Source: Octopus vulgaris
Taxonomy: Eukaryota
Length of the DNA stretch: 64,000 nucleotides
Assembly: GCA_951406725.2 (NCBI GenBank)
Contig: OX597821.1
Location: 103,168,001 to 103,232,000 of the forward strand
Direction of reading: 5' to 3'
Numbering within the stretch: position 1 is the first letter of the stretch; the number at the start of each line of letters is the position of its first letter. The notes beneath the pieces are model-generated. The model was not told where the DNA came from, made no database searches, and saw only the letters and a program-made list of their open reading frames with translations. This document shows, piece by piece, positions 14,401 through 28,380 of this stretch. Made by a program: the position numbers and the translations under genes.

Positions 14401-14631
14401 GATAATTAAATATTGCTTTCAGATATAGCCACAGAGCCAGCAATTTCGGGGGAGGGGATAAGTCGACCCCATTATTCAACTGGTACTTATTTTATAAACT
14501 CCGAAAGGCTAAGTCGATCTCAGCGGAATTTGAACTCAGAACATAAAGACAGACGAAATGCCGCTAAGGCTTCTGTCCGGCGTGCTTACGATTGTGCCTT
14601 ATTTTTAGAATTAAATATTATAAGGGTTTGT

Positions 14632-14949
14632 ATACTCTTTTACTCTTTTACTTGTTTCAGTCATTTGACTGCGGCCATGTTGGAGCACCGCCTTTAGTCG
14701 AGGAAATCGACCCCAGGACTTATTCTTTGCAAGCCTAGTACTTATTCTATCGGTCAGTTTTACCAAACCGCTAAGTTACGGGAACGTAAACACACCAGCA
14801 TCGGTTGTCAAGTGATGTTGGATGGTGGGGAGACAAACACAGACACACAAACGAGGCTATTGTAGAAGACAGTTGCCCAAGATGCCACGCAGTGGGACTG
14901 AACCCGGAACCATGCGCCAAGTTACCTACGACACAGCAACTCCTGCGCC
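14632..14949 (-). mobile_element. SINE family A with internal deletion
   Basis: Reverse complement of A tail and head. Confidence 0.85.
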
Positions 14950-15932
14950 TTATATAAAATTTGTTAGAATATTTTATATATGTATAAATATATTTTATAT
15001 CTGTATAAAAAATTCGTTTGAATATTTTATGTTTTGTCGATGTATAACTGATTTATTGGAGACAAACCTTAACAGAAGAAGAGCCACATGAACCCTATTC
15101 GAGAACCATTCCGGAAAGGCGTTGGAAACAAAAGTTCCGGAAAATCGATGTTGAATTCGATGCTGTACTTGTAATAATCTAAAATTTGCATGCTACGAGA
15201 TTGCATAGTATTATGGTGCGACAGAAATGTATTTGTCGAATTAACGAATGCTTGCGTTATCTTGATTATTGTTCGTTTATTTTATTCTGGATTTTTAATC
15301 ATACGGCTCAACTGCAGGCTGTGAATTAATGTACCAGGAGATAACTATGCTTCCAGATTGGAAATGTAAATAATGAAAGGCAGGAGAAGAGATCCAGGAA
15401 GTAATAAGATATCACGTTAAGTGTCTGCGATCCAAATTGCGAAATGCACAAGCCGTGTGTGTTCGCGCGCTCGTGTCGGTGCGCGTGTATATATGTATGG
15501 ATGTATGTATGTATGTATGTATGTATGTATGCATGTATGTATGTATGTAGTATGTATGTATGTATGTATGTATGTATGTATGTATGTATGTGTGCGCGTG
15601 TGTATATATATAAGTGTTTATGTATGTATGTATGTGCATATATGTATGTATGTTTATATGTATGTGTGTGTATGTATATATGTGGGCATGTATGTATGTG
15701 AATGTATGTATGTGAATGTATGTGTGTCAATGTATGCATGTGTGCATGTATGTGTGTATTTATATATATATGTATGTATATATGCATGTGTGTATGTCTG
15801 TATGTGTGTATCTGTGTGTGTATGTATGTGTGTTAGTGCATTTGTGTTTCCTTTCGCAATCCGGCGTGTCGATCTAAGCCACTTTACGTTACAATTCCTT
15901 GTCTAATGTTAATATCTTTTACTCATTATTAC

Positions 15933-16012
<80 letters not shown>

Positions 16013-16018
<6 letters not shown>

Positions 16019-16089
16019 TCACTCCCTGGAATTAAACTCGGAATCTTGGGGTTAGTTGCCCGCGCTATTAACCACTACGCCATATGCCC
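16013..16089 (-). mobile_element. Short (~77 bp) tRNA-derived SINE with (TAA)n tail
   Basis: Reverse strand: GGGCATATGGCGTAGTGGTTAATAGCGCGGG...GAGTTTAATTCCAGGGAGTGACCTGAA(TAA)n. Confidence 0.8.
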
Positions 16090-16099
16090 ATAAACCTAA

Positions 16100-16170
16100 A
16101 GCCACGTGGCGTAGTGGTTAAGAGCGCGGGCTACAAATACTAAGATTCCGAGTTCGATTCCAGGCAGTGA

Positions 16171-16175
<5 letters not shown>
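16100..16175 (+). mobile_element. Short tRNA-derived SINE with (TAA)n tail, head-to-head partner of the previous copy
   Basis: TGGCGTAGTGGTT A-box, GAGTTCGATTCC B-box, ends GTGACCTGAA(TAA)n. Confidence 0.8.
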
Positions 16176-16247
<72 letters not shown>

Positions 16248-16251
16248 TTAT

Positions 16252-16673
16252 GATCATAATATCTCGGTGAAAGAAGTTGACAAGCTCAGAAAATATAAAG
16301 ACCTGCTCATTGAAATTGAGAAAATGTGGCATCTCAAGGCGATTACAATACCAGTGATCGTAGGAGCATTAGGAATGATCAAGAAGGGAACCGAAAATTA
16401 CATGAGAATGATCTCTGGCTTACCATCCCTGCAAGAAGTGCAAAAGATTGTCTTAACTGGTACATCACACGTATTGAGAACAGCATTATGGGTGTGAGAA
16501 CTATTACTACCCATGTATTTTAATTTAACTTTACTTCTATCAAAAAAAAAAAATTGAATGAACTAGTGAGTTTAGTTTAATGGCCTACCAATGTATACTA
16601 TGAGTTTCTTTGCCCTAGGAGTCGGGAAGACACTCGGCAAGAAATGGAAGCAAATTTGAAAGAAGAAAAACCC
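16252..16673 (+). mobile_element. R4/Dong-type non-LTR retrotransposon 3' fragment (REL endonuclease C-terminus plus 3' UTR)
   Basis: KEVDKLRKYKDL...IPVIVGALG...QKIVLTGTSHVLR (K..KY..L and IVGALG motifs of R4-clade REL); flanked by (TAA)n on both sides. Confidence 0.88.
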
Positions 16674-16757
16674 ATAATAATAATAATAATAATATTAATA
16701 ATAAGGCAATGTATTAATTTATATATTTTGTACTCGTACTACTTCAGCAACTTTCTG

Positions 16758-16788
16758 CTGGCGAGTCTATGTTGAAACAATTGTAGTG
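16758..16788 (+). ncRNA. Degenerate minimal hammerhead-like motif (Penelope-type remnant)
   Basis: CTGGCGA-GTCTATGTT-GAAA-CAATTG-TA; one core mismatch, helices I and II weak. Confidence 0.35.
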
Positions 16789-16818
16789 TTATGCAATAAA
16801 ATTCATTTTCTATCACTC

Positions 16819-16898
<80 letters not shown>

Positions 16899-16919
16899 GT
16901 ATGTGTGTGTGTGTATGTG

Positions 16920-16976
<57 letters not shown>

Positions 16977-17904
16977 TGGGATCGTTATAATTGACCGAAA
17001 ACTTTAAAAGTGGCGCCCCAACAGGACTGCTGCTGTCTAAAGAAAGAAACTAACAAAAGTATAATATAAAGGAAATGTGAAAAATTGACGAGGGAGTAAT
17101 TAAAAAACTTCAACTGATTGGCTTTCAATGATTTCTATTTGAATCATTATTATATATACAGAATATGAAGATTGGCGTCCGATCAAAGAGATGTTAAAAC
17201 CCATTGTGTAATTAGAAAGACGGATGATGGCATACATGCACGAGTTGCAGTTGTCATGTTATAAGCATAGACTAATACTTACTGAATAACGAGAATGGAT
17301 AAAAATAATTAGTATATAATGACTAGACACATACGAAGAAGACAGATTTAATATACGCTCGTAATAATGGATAAATTAAATGTAATTAATATTGTTATTG
17401 ATCAGCACTTTGGCAAATTATGAGTTCTGAAGTATTAGGTCCATGTAGAATTCGTCGATTTAGCAGTTTAATTATAAGCACCAAGTTTGATGCTATGAAA
17501 TATGATTATATATATATATGTGTATATATATATATGTATATATATGTATATATAAATAAAAATAAATATATATATATATACCAAAATTTACATAAATTTG
17601 CTGTAGGAGGTGAAGCAACATACGTAGCGCAATTCTTTAATGTACGAAACGCAATATACCTCTCTTTCTCACTCCATGTATATATCAAATCTTTTACTTG
17701 TTTCAAGTATTGGATTGCGCCCATTCTGGGGCACTGCCTTCATGAGTCTTAGTGAAAAAGATCAATCGCAGTACTTAGGTTTTTCTCTCTGGTACTTATT
17801 GCATCGGTTCGTTTGCTGAAACGCAGTGAAGCTAGAGGACGTAAACAAAGCAGCACTGGTTGTCAAGCGGTGGGTGTATATGACAAATACAAAGACATAC
17901 TCAT

Positions 17905-17956
<52 letters not shown>

Positions 17957-18180
17957 ACACACACATGTATATGTATGAAAGTGGATCGAGTAACAAATAT
18001 TATTGCATAACACTACAGTTGTTTCAACATAGACGCACACGACAAACACACACACATATACACACGCACATACACTCACACACACAGCCATGTATATATA
18101 CTGTATATATTGCTGTCACATGGTATTGGTAGGCACCGAACCTGAAATTACATGTGTGTGTGTTATGTACACACACATAC

Positions 18181-18223
<43 letters not shown>

Positions 18224-18224
<1 letters not shown>

Positions 18225-18608
18225 TAGCAGTATCGCCCGGCGTTGCTCAGGTTTGTAAGGGAAATAACTATAAAGCATTTTTAGAGAGTTATAGCCAAAA
18301 AATAGCAAAAAAATGGAAAAAAATGCTGGTAAATTTTTTTTGAGATTAAAAAAAGGTGGAGTTGCGTCCCCTAGACAGTTTGTGGTATGTGTTTCTGATT
18401 CTCGACCCCATGTCGAATTTATCGATTTTTTTTCAGAACTGGGGGAACTTTTCAAAATTTTCGCTGCGTTAGTTTTGAATTATGACATTGGGCTATGTGT
18501 GTGTCAAGTTTCATCAGAATCGGTTGAAAGCCGTGGTCAGAGTGAGGGTACAAGCAAACAGACACACAGAAACACGCACAGACAAACTGCCGTTTATATA
18601 GAGAGAGA
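18224..18608 (-). mobile_element. Non-autonomous Helitron
   Basis: Reverse strand starts TCTCTCTCTATATAAA and ends CCTGAGCAACGCCGGGCG-ATACTG-CTAG (subterminal hairpin plus CTAG); inserted between A and T with no TSD. Confidence 0.85.
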
Positions 18609-18619
18609 TATATATAATT

Positions 18620-18820
18620 ATTTCTTTATTGCCCATTGAGCGCTAAATACAGAGGGGACAAACAAAGACAGACAAAGGAATTAAGTCGTTTACATCGTCC
18701 TCAGTACGTAAGGCTGAAAGGCAAAATCGGCCTAGGCGGAATTTGAATTCAGAACGTAACGACAGACGAAATACCGCTAGGCATTTCGCCCGGCGTGCTA
18801 ACGATTCTGCCAGCTCACCA
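18620..18820 (-). mobile_element. SINE family B with internal deletion
   Basis: Reverse complement of family B. Confidence 0.85.
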
Positions 18821-18932
18821 CTCTACCAATAAATATACAATCTCAGTATGACCGGCTTAGGGCGTTGCTATTGAGACTGCTTTGAAAGGGTGAAATGCTG
18901 GCCGCATGAATTATTAATGCGTGACACCAAGA

Positions 18933-18983
<51 letters not shown>

Positions 18984-18991
18984 CTACACAC

Positions 18992-19035
<44 letters not shown>

Positions 19036-19262
19036 TATGTTTTATACTGCGCTTTGGAAAGAAAGGGTTATAGGTGAGTCTGAACGCTGGCGTTAATAAC
19101 AGTCGCAACTGATCGATGGCTCCCCGGAAGCTGGAAGCTGCGTGGTTTAAGAAAATTGTCTATTTTACACGCCATGTCTAAAATTATGTTTATTAAAAAT
19201 ATAAAACCGACTTCGGTTGCACCCACACGCGCTCGCATATACATACACACACAACCACACAC

Positions 19263-19311
<49 letters not shown>

Positions 19312-19586
19312 GACAAACACACTCGTACATAGATAAGACCATACATATACAGACTTTTATGCGTGTGTGTTTGTGTATGAATCTAAGTAAATATACACAC
19401 ATACATGCGTATGTATAGATACATATATGTGTTTGCATGTATGTGTATGTACAACTATCTATCTCTATATTTTTATGCACACACACACACAAGTTATGTG
19501 TACATAGATATATGTGATGTGATCTGTCTTTATATATCCGTCCAATCTTTCATTAATTCTTTCTTTCTTTCTTTTTTCTTTCTTTT

Positions 19587-19618
<32 letters not shown>

Positions 19619-19794
19619 TTTTCTTTCGTTCTTTCTTTCTTTCTTTTTTTCTTTCTTTCTTTTTCTCGCACTTTTTATCTGTCACTCTATATACATATGC
19701 ATGTATGTGTATGCGTGTGTGTAAATACGTACAAACAGCTATGTATATATGTGCACACGTACACACACAAACACAAACACAGACACACACACAT

Positions 19795-19861
<67 letters not shown>

Positions 19862-20375
19862 GATGCTGCATACATGTATGTATATATATGTGGGTGCGTG
19901 TTTATCTATCTATCTATCTATCTATCTATCCACATACACATATACTTACATACTTGCATACATACATACATACATACATACATACATAATACATACATAC
20001 ATACATACATAATACATACATACATACACACATACATATATGCATACATATATACACACATAGATGTGTGTGCTTGTGTGTTTGTGTGTGTGTGTAAATG
20101 TATGTATACATGTGAAAAAAAATTGTTGATTGAGATATTCCTTGATATTTCCATGTCGGAAGTGAGAAAGAAGAAAAAAATTCCTTCTTTCCTGAGACAT
20201 GACATTAATGTAATGTTGGAAAACTTTACAGAAAAAAAAAAGAACCCAGAAAAAAAGAAAGAAAAAACCACGGCAAAAACATATTCGAAATGTTGTTTTG
20301 CGCAAATAGAAACGTAGATGTTCACCTCTATGTCTACTCAGGTGAATGTGCACTTGAACAAAAGTACATACACTA

Positions 20376-20421
<46 letters not shown>

Positions 20422-20533
20422 TAATATTGTGCGTGTGTGTATGTGTTGGTATAATTTAACTCATATACCCACAGAGACGTACATATTTAAATAAATATGA
20501 ATATATACATAAGTAAGCAAATAAATATATAAG

Positions 20534-20583
<50 letters not shown>

Positions 20584-20807
20584 GTGTGTGGCAGGTTGCT
20601 CGTTAGTGCAAAGCATGTATTACACAAGAATTTTTTTTTATGGACGTGACATTAATGATGAAACCGGTAAACCGGGCAAGTTTGGTGCGGTAATCCATTG
20701 CAGGATATGTATAGATATGCGTAGACATCACTGTAGATGCACACATATACACAGACACACATTCACTCACACACACACACGCATATATATATATATCAAC
20801 AAATAAC

Positions 20808-20873
20808 TACAGTTGTTTCAGGCGTGTTTTTTCTATTGATGAATAGAATTAGTACATCATGCGTTTTCGTCAG
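20808..20873 (-). ncRNA. Hammerhead-like motif with long helix II
   Basis: Reverse strand CTGACGA-47 nt (includes TTCTATT/AATAGAA hairpin)-GAAA-CAACTG-TA; helix I weak. Confidence 0.45.
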
Positions 20874-20978
20874 ATGAACATATGCATGAATTGAATATTT
20901 CAAATCATTTAAAAAAGTTCAATATGTGCCATGGGCCTTTATTATTTACCTACTTTATTCACTTGAATCTCGAACTAT

Positions 20979-21013
<35 letters not shown>

Positions 21014-21035
21014 GATAAATATGTAGAGAGAGAAA

Positions 21036-21189
21036 GGCGCAGAAGTGACTGTGTGGTAAGAAGCTTGCTTCCCAACAACATGGTTCTGGGTTAAGTCCCA
21101 CTGCGTAGTACCTTGGGAAAGTGTCTTTAACTATAGCCTCGGGTGGAGTGTGGATTTGGTAGACGGAAAATGAAAGAAACACGTCGTCA

Positions 21190-21190
<1 letters not shown>
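21036..21190 (+). mobile_element. SINE family A head fragment
   Basis: Matches the 5' 170 bp of family A. Confidence 0.8.
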
Positions 21191-21233
<43 letters not shown>

Positions 21234-21434
21234 TATTTGCCTGCTTATTTGTAGCACTATCATTTTCCTGATGGTAAATTCTCTACATAGACTTCCAGGC
21301 TCTCTTTTACCTAACACTATGCATTAGTTCAGATAAGTAACCCATCAATATTCACATACATTCGTACATACATACGTGTGTATATATATGTATATATATG
21401 TGTGTATATATACATATGTGTGTGTGTGTGTGTG

Positions 21435-21466
<32 letters not shown>

Positions 21467-21509
21467 GTATGTATATATATTTATGTATATATGTATGTAT
21501 ATATATATG

Positions 21510-21596
<87 letters not shown>

Positions 21597-22084
21597 TTAT
21601 ATATAATCATGTGTAGAAAGATGAAGCTTTCATTCTCTTCGCCTAAGTAAAAAATCAGATCTTCGTGCTTAGAGAAATCAATCGAGTAATTTTGAAGTTT
21701 AAGCTCTCGTTATGACTACAAGAAAATCTAATGAATGCAAAGAAAAATCTTTTAAATAGTCCCAGCCTGCCTAGCTTCAACTAATAAGCAAATGGAAATT
21801 GTTGGCAGAAATTAATTACCTGAAAAGGAGACGAAATTGAACGAAGTGTGGCTCTTCGTTGAATTTCTGAACTGGAAGTAATGCCAGGAAGTCTAAATTA
21901 GCAGATGAATAATGAATTCATATCATATTTAATTTGTACGTTTGTAAGATTCTATTAGAAACGAGAAAAGTGTATATTAGTGTCTTAGTATACGTACTGA
22001 ATCGAAGGTAATACTAAGTTATCTACTGTCAATTTGGTGTGCATGCAATTATAGATAACACAAGAGCGTATTTGCGAGAGGTTC

Positions 22085-22173
<89 letters not shown>

Positions 22174-22234
22174 ACATTATATGTTTTTATATGTATATAG
22201 ATATACACACACAAGCAAACACACAAACACACAC

Positions 22235-22324
<90 letters not shown>

Positions 22325-22835
22325 ATACATATACGTATATATAAACATATGTGTGTATGTGTGTGTGTGTGTGTATATATATATATGTATTCAAGAATGT
22401 GTGTATATATGTATATAAATCTCTCACGCTCTCTGGATTTACATATATGTGTGTATGTATACATCGATACATACACACACACACGCACACACACATGCAT
22501 ACACACACTCGACGGAAAACGTTAAGAGTTGTGGGTTCGATTCCTACGTTTACTAATGCCCTTTGGTTTCCGTCGAGGGCATATAAGCCTCAATATTAGA
22601 CTAAAGCTTATAGTTATTACTTACAGAATTCTCGTTCATCACTACTTCATAATTTAACGCACCCGCACCCCCCGCACTCTCCCACACACATATATTATTT
22701 ATATAATATATATATGTATAGATAAAGAAACACACATACACACACATACACACACACTTACACACACACTCACATACACACACACATATTTTATATATAT
22801 ATATATATATAAAGTCACAAAATTTGGAGAGGTTC

Positions 22836-22869
<34 letters not shown>

Positions 22870-22997
22870 CATTCTATAAAACATAGAGAATGTATAGTAC
22901 GATTGAAGAGAAAGCCACAAGGAGTGTATGAAGTTATAAATAACGAGGGAAAATATTATGGTAAAATGTACTTAACCACTGGAAATTCTTACATCAC

Positions 22998-23116
22998 AAC
23001 AATTGTTTCGCAACTTAAAACATGCAAATATAATTTAAAGAGTGTTTATATTAATGCAGATATCTAAGTAATTTGCTTATTATAAAATATATTAAAAGCA
23101 TGCTCATTCTCGTCGT
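22998..23116 (-). ncRNA. Degenerate hammerhead-like motif with ~100-nt helix II
   Basis: Reverse strand ACGACGA...GAAA-CAATTG-TT; insert folds by eye (GAGCATGC/GCATGTTT, AATATA/TATATT, TTTATA/TATAAA). Confidence 0.35.
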
Positions 23117-23420
23117 TTGAAGGAGAGGACTTAAGATAAAGAGAGTAATAGAAAGAAAGAAAGAAACCACTAAGAAGCTGCATCTGTTTGCGATGAATAT
23201 AATTCGAGTCCAAGTATGGATTTTGCTATGAAGCCGCAATGGGGGACATTGATAATTTTGGCTTTGCCAGGGATTGGGGAAATGTGTCTGTTGGTTGCAG
23301 GATATAGTTCTTCTGTTGTACATTTTTCTTCGACTCAAATTGATTGTATGTATCTTGACACATTTTATGCCATGCAGATCGATCTATGAAATGACTTTCC
23401 CACGATGTCAAGCTAATAAA

Positions 23421-23493
<73 letters not shown>

Positions 23494-23495
23494 TA

Positions 23496-23974
23496 TGCTC
23501 TGATGCAGTATCAGGCAGTAGCTTTCACGACTTCTCATCTCGATCTTATTTCGATCTTATCTGTTTGACCTTATCCAGTTGAGCATGTCCCTTAGTGGCC
23601 GACGATATGTGCATCTCTGATCACGAGCAGAAATAGTGGGGGAGCATCACAGCCATGTGTTGAGAGGAGTTCTTTGTGGTTTGAATAATTCACCTTTGGA
23701 AACATGGATGTTTCGTCCTACATCCTTAAACAATCCTTATTCAGGAACCTTTTGAGCGGGATGGGTTACTCGAGTAGAAGAAAATTCTAACTGGGCCCCA
23801 CCTACAAGATCATGCACTGTTTCACCTTGATATGAGATCACCATTTCGCGTACATATGGTTGTGATGCATGCACCTGGTGTACCCTTATCAGACGGGTAG
23901 TCATGATGGGTATATTGGGCTTTTTATGTCTGTACCCTAGTGTCACATTAATGGCATGCACTGTTCTCTCACAC
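23496..23974 (+). mobile_element. Unclassified (TAA)n-associated interspersed repeat (longest copy)
   Basis: Between (TAA)n and (TAG)n(TAA)n; homologous to 6991-7301 and 42286-42568. Confidence 0.78.
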
Positions 23975-23993
23975 AATAGTAGTAGTAGTAGTA

Positions 23994-24096
<103 letters not shown>

Positions 24097-24108
24097 TAAT
24101 AATAATAA

Positions 24109-24662
24109 TGCCAACATTATGGAATAACAACAGAAAAAAGATGGTATAGGCACACACCAGAAAAGGTCACAGAAAACGAGAAAGCAACCATACTCTGGGA
24201 TATGCCGATACACACAGATAGAGAAATTAAGGCCAACAGACCAGATATAGTTGTCAGAGATCATGAAGAAAAAAATGCTTTTTAATTGATGTATCAATAC
24301 CGGCAGATGACAACGTGTCTCTAAAAGAAATGGAGAAACTCTCAAAATACAAAGACCTGGAAATAGAGGTAACTAGAATGTGGAATCTGAAAACAGAAAC
24401 AATTCCTATCATAGTAGGTGCATTAGGCATGATAAAAAAATATTCAGAAAAATACATAACAAAAACACCAGGACTTACAAACACATATAACATACAGAAA
24501 ATTGCACTACTAGGCACTGCCCACATCCTACGCAGAACACTTTCCATACAATAACCATCAAAGCATCACAACAAATCACAGCACATACCCAAGGCACACA
24601 GAGCTGCGCTCGGTAGTGAAGTGAAAGCACGCTATAAAAATAAAAATAAAACTACTGAATAA
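24109..24662 (+). mobile_element. R4/Dong-type non-LTR retrotransposon 3' fragment (REL endonuclease), one frameshift
   Basis: CQHYGI...WYRHTPEKV...ILWDMPIHTDREIKANRPDIVV / frameshift in A-run / FLIDVSIP...EKLSKYKDL...IIVGALG...LLGTAHILRR; RPD..D..K..KY catalytic pattern; (TAA)n upstream, ends CTGAATAATAAT. Confidence 0.92.
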
Positions 24663-26433
24663 TAATTATAAGCAACTTTTCTACTAAGGTCACGAGGGCA
24701 GGCTAGTTGATAACATCGGTTCCAGTGTTCAGCTGCTGCATGTCTTGTCGACCTCCGAAAGGATGAAAGGCAAAGTCGACCGCAGCGGAATCTGAACCCA
24801 GAACGTATAGACGAACGAAATGCTAATAAGTATTTCGTCCGTCTTTACGTCTTCGTTGGTCAGCTCTTGATTTCCAGGGCAACATTAGTAAACAACAAAA
24901 TGCTGATGGCTCAAATTCATACAACTCTGACCTACATGACAGTGAGTGTATCTATGTATGTGTGTGTGTATAATTAAGGTACATTAGAAATTTGGTGTCA
25001 TTTCTATCTCTTTTTCTCGACTGCCTTTTATTGCTTTTACTTCCCTGTGATAATGGTTATAATCCGAAACGTTAGATCCTTTTCTATTCCTTCTATTCAT
25101 GCAGTTATTTCCCTTGTACACATTCTTATTTATTTTGGTTTCATACAATTTTCTATGCGTCATACACCTCGCGTTTTGCTTGTCTAACTTTTGACACACA
25201 TACACTCACACACACACACCCACACACACACACAATTTATTTCTTTTTTCACGTCAGTAATCTTACTCATTTTACTTGTACGTTTTTATCTATCTCTATG
25301 TCTGTCTGTCTGTCATTCTGTCTGTCTGTCTTTCTGTCTGCCTGTCATTCTGTCTGTCTGTCATTCTGTCTGTCTTTATGTCTGTCTGTCTTTTCTCTCA
25401 GTCTCTCCGTCTATATATCTAAATATCTATCAATTTTATTTATCTATGTATAGTATCAACGCATTTTATCTATCTGTCCTTCTACACACACAAACGCATC
25501 ACACGTACTAGAACACACACACACAGACATGTACACACACACACACGGATCATGGATTTCATATTTGTTATACTTCACAAATTGCTGTTAGCTGAGGATA
25601 TCGATTACATATCCCGTGATTTCCACTTGAATTTATCAACTGATAACACTAGTATATCATCGTATAAGACACACCAGCCTCCCCCCACCATTACCACCAG
25701 GACCAGCATATTAATTTATCGCATAGCTGTTTTCTTATGTGCCAAACCATTAGTGTGTGTATTCGCTACTGCTGGAGGTTGTTGTTGTTAAGATGGCGAC
25801 AGTAATGGTGGTTTTGGTGGTAGCGTGTATTCATCTAGTTAGCTAGTTAGTCTTGTAAATAACTTAGATTAGAAACATATTAGAAATATATTAGTTCGTT
25901 AACGGATTGTTCCAGGAATTATATCGCGAATAAGTCACTTGAATTGCGAGCAGAATCAGAATCTAGCTAATTATTATTTCGTGAAATCAAAATTATAGCC
26001 TATATTTTTGAATTGACCTTAAGTCTTTATTAGAAGAGGCAGTTTGGAAAAACTACTATAATTATAATTACACCACCACCAACAACAACAACAAAAACAA
26101 CAATAATAACAATGTTAGTAAACAAACAACAGTACTATAATGAAGAAGAACAAGTATTTCTGTAAAGCAAACATACGTACTTAAAATACAAGATAAAAAT
26201 AATACATATGATTTAGCAATGAGAGTCAGTGTGTTATTTGAAAGTTTTTTTTTTGACAATCTAGCTTAAAGTCATTTTCGTTAACATTGCAACAGAACAC
26301 GAATTTATTCGTCAATACATGAATTTGGAGATGAATATATTAGGCATAAACGTTATTGTAATTTACCTTCAGTACTTCATACTTTCACGTTTAAAGATTT
26401 TTGCACATTTCTATCGACGACAGCTTCCCCTGA

Positions 26434-26464
<31 letters not shown>

Positions 26465-26623
26465 CTTGTCTCTCTGTCTCTCTTTCTCTCCTTGTTTTAA
26501 TACGCGTGTACTTCCAAGCATTGCCATATACAGACAAACGCATATGCGAATATACGTTCATATGTACATGAATACATAAATACATAACACATATATATAT
26601 ACATACATACTTATATATATGTT

Positions 26624-26674
<51 letters not shown>

Positions 26675-26931
26675 GCATATATATACATATATATATATGC
26701 ATATCTATATATGCATATATATATATATATATATATGTATATATGTACGCACACACACATATACACATCTATACACACATATGCATAATATGTGTATGGA
26801 GATACTTAGAGACAGAAACACGGATACACATTAATAAAAATGTATATTATACATACACGCATACATATATACATATGCATACATACATACATATGTATAT
26901 ACATACATATACATACATATCCATATATATT

Positions 26932-26968
<37 letters not shown>

Positions 26969-27407
26969 TACGTGCGCATACACATGCACAAGCACGTATA
27001 TACAAGTACACACACACACACACAAACGCACACGCACATTCATAATGGCATAGGTATCTACAGGACTTATACACAAATCTGTGCGCATGAATAGGTGTGT
27101 GTGTGTGTGTGTGTGTGTTTGCGTGTATGTGTGCGTGTGTGTTGACAGAACTACATAGACACATACCGATACGTACAAAAGTATAAGCATAACATGTGTA
27201 CGCACAGTCAGAGAAAAACGTACGCACATGCACGTAGAAACGCAAAGACATACATACGCATACACACGTCTATTACAATCATACACAACACTTAGAACAT
27301 ACACCAGTATACACATACTTATACATATGATATAATATATGTGCCCGCATTGATATACATTCAATAAGAAATATGTACACATACAGACTCATTATATATG
27401 CATACAT

Positions 27408-27584
<177 letters not shown>

Positions 27585-27691
27585 CATATATGCATTATAT
27601 TTATATATATATATATATGCATATATATAAATACAGAATATATATATATATATACATATATATATGTACATGTGCATACATATATATATAC

Positions 27692-27763
<72 letters not shown>

Positions 27764-28339
27764 GCGTGTACACTCACACACACGCATATATATTTCGAGA
27801 CAATATATCCGTACACACATTTACTTACACATTTATATGCCAGCAATATTCAATACTCGCATAGACACATAACCACATATATATATACTCACAATTATCA
27901 TTCTACATTAAGAGCTATAATTACCAATTAAAGCGAACTCAAGTTGAAAACTTCCACTTCATTTTACAGCGTTTGTCTGCTTGTTTCTTTTTTTTTGCCG
28001 TTATATTTTTATCAATAAAATGAAATAAATTTTAGCATTTATTTTCTTGCTGTTTATACATCAACGAAGACTATATTTCAGCCCCCACCAACCTATTTTC
28101 AAGAACTACCCATCCCTCTGTTCTCCCACTTGATTTTTATATGATTGAAACGTTGAATAAATCGGTTTGATTTTTCTGTGGGAAAGAAAACAATTGTAAT
28201 ATTTCGAACGGATGCACTTATTACAAAGTGTCGCTTACTGATAGAACGAAAACAGTAGTTTAAGTATTCAAGGGGCTTATCATGTTTATCGAGAGAATGA
28301 TATAAATAAATTGGTTTGCTTCTCCGTGGCAAAAGAAGA

Positions 28340-28380
28340 CAGTTCTAACGTTTCGGGCGGATACACATCATCGAAAACTG
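28340..28380 (-). ncRNA. Degenerate minimal hammerhead-like motif
   Basis: Reverse strand CAGTTTT-CGATGA-TGTGTATCCGCCC-GAAA-CG-TT-AGAACTG; 7-bp helix I, core one base off CTGATGA. Confidence 0.5.
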
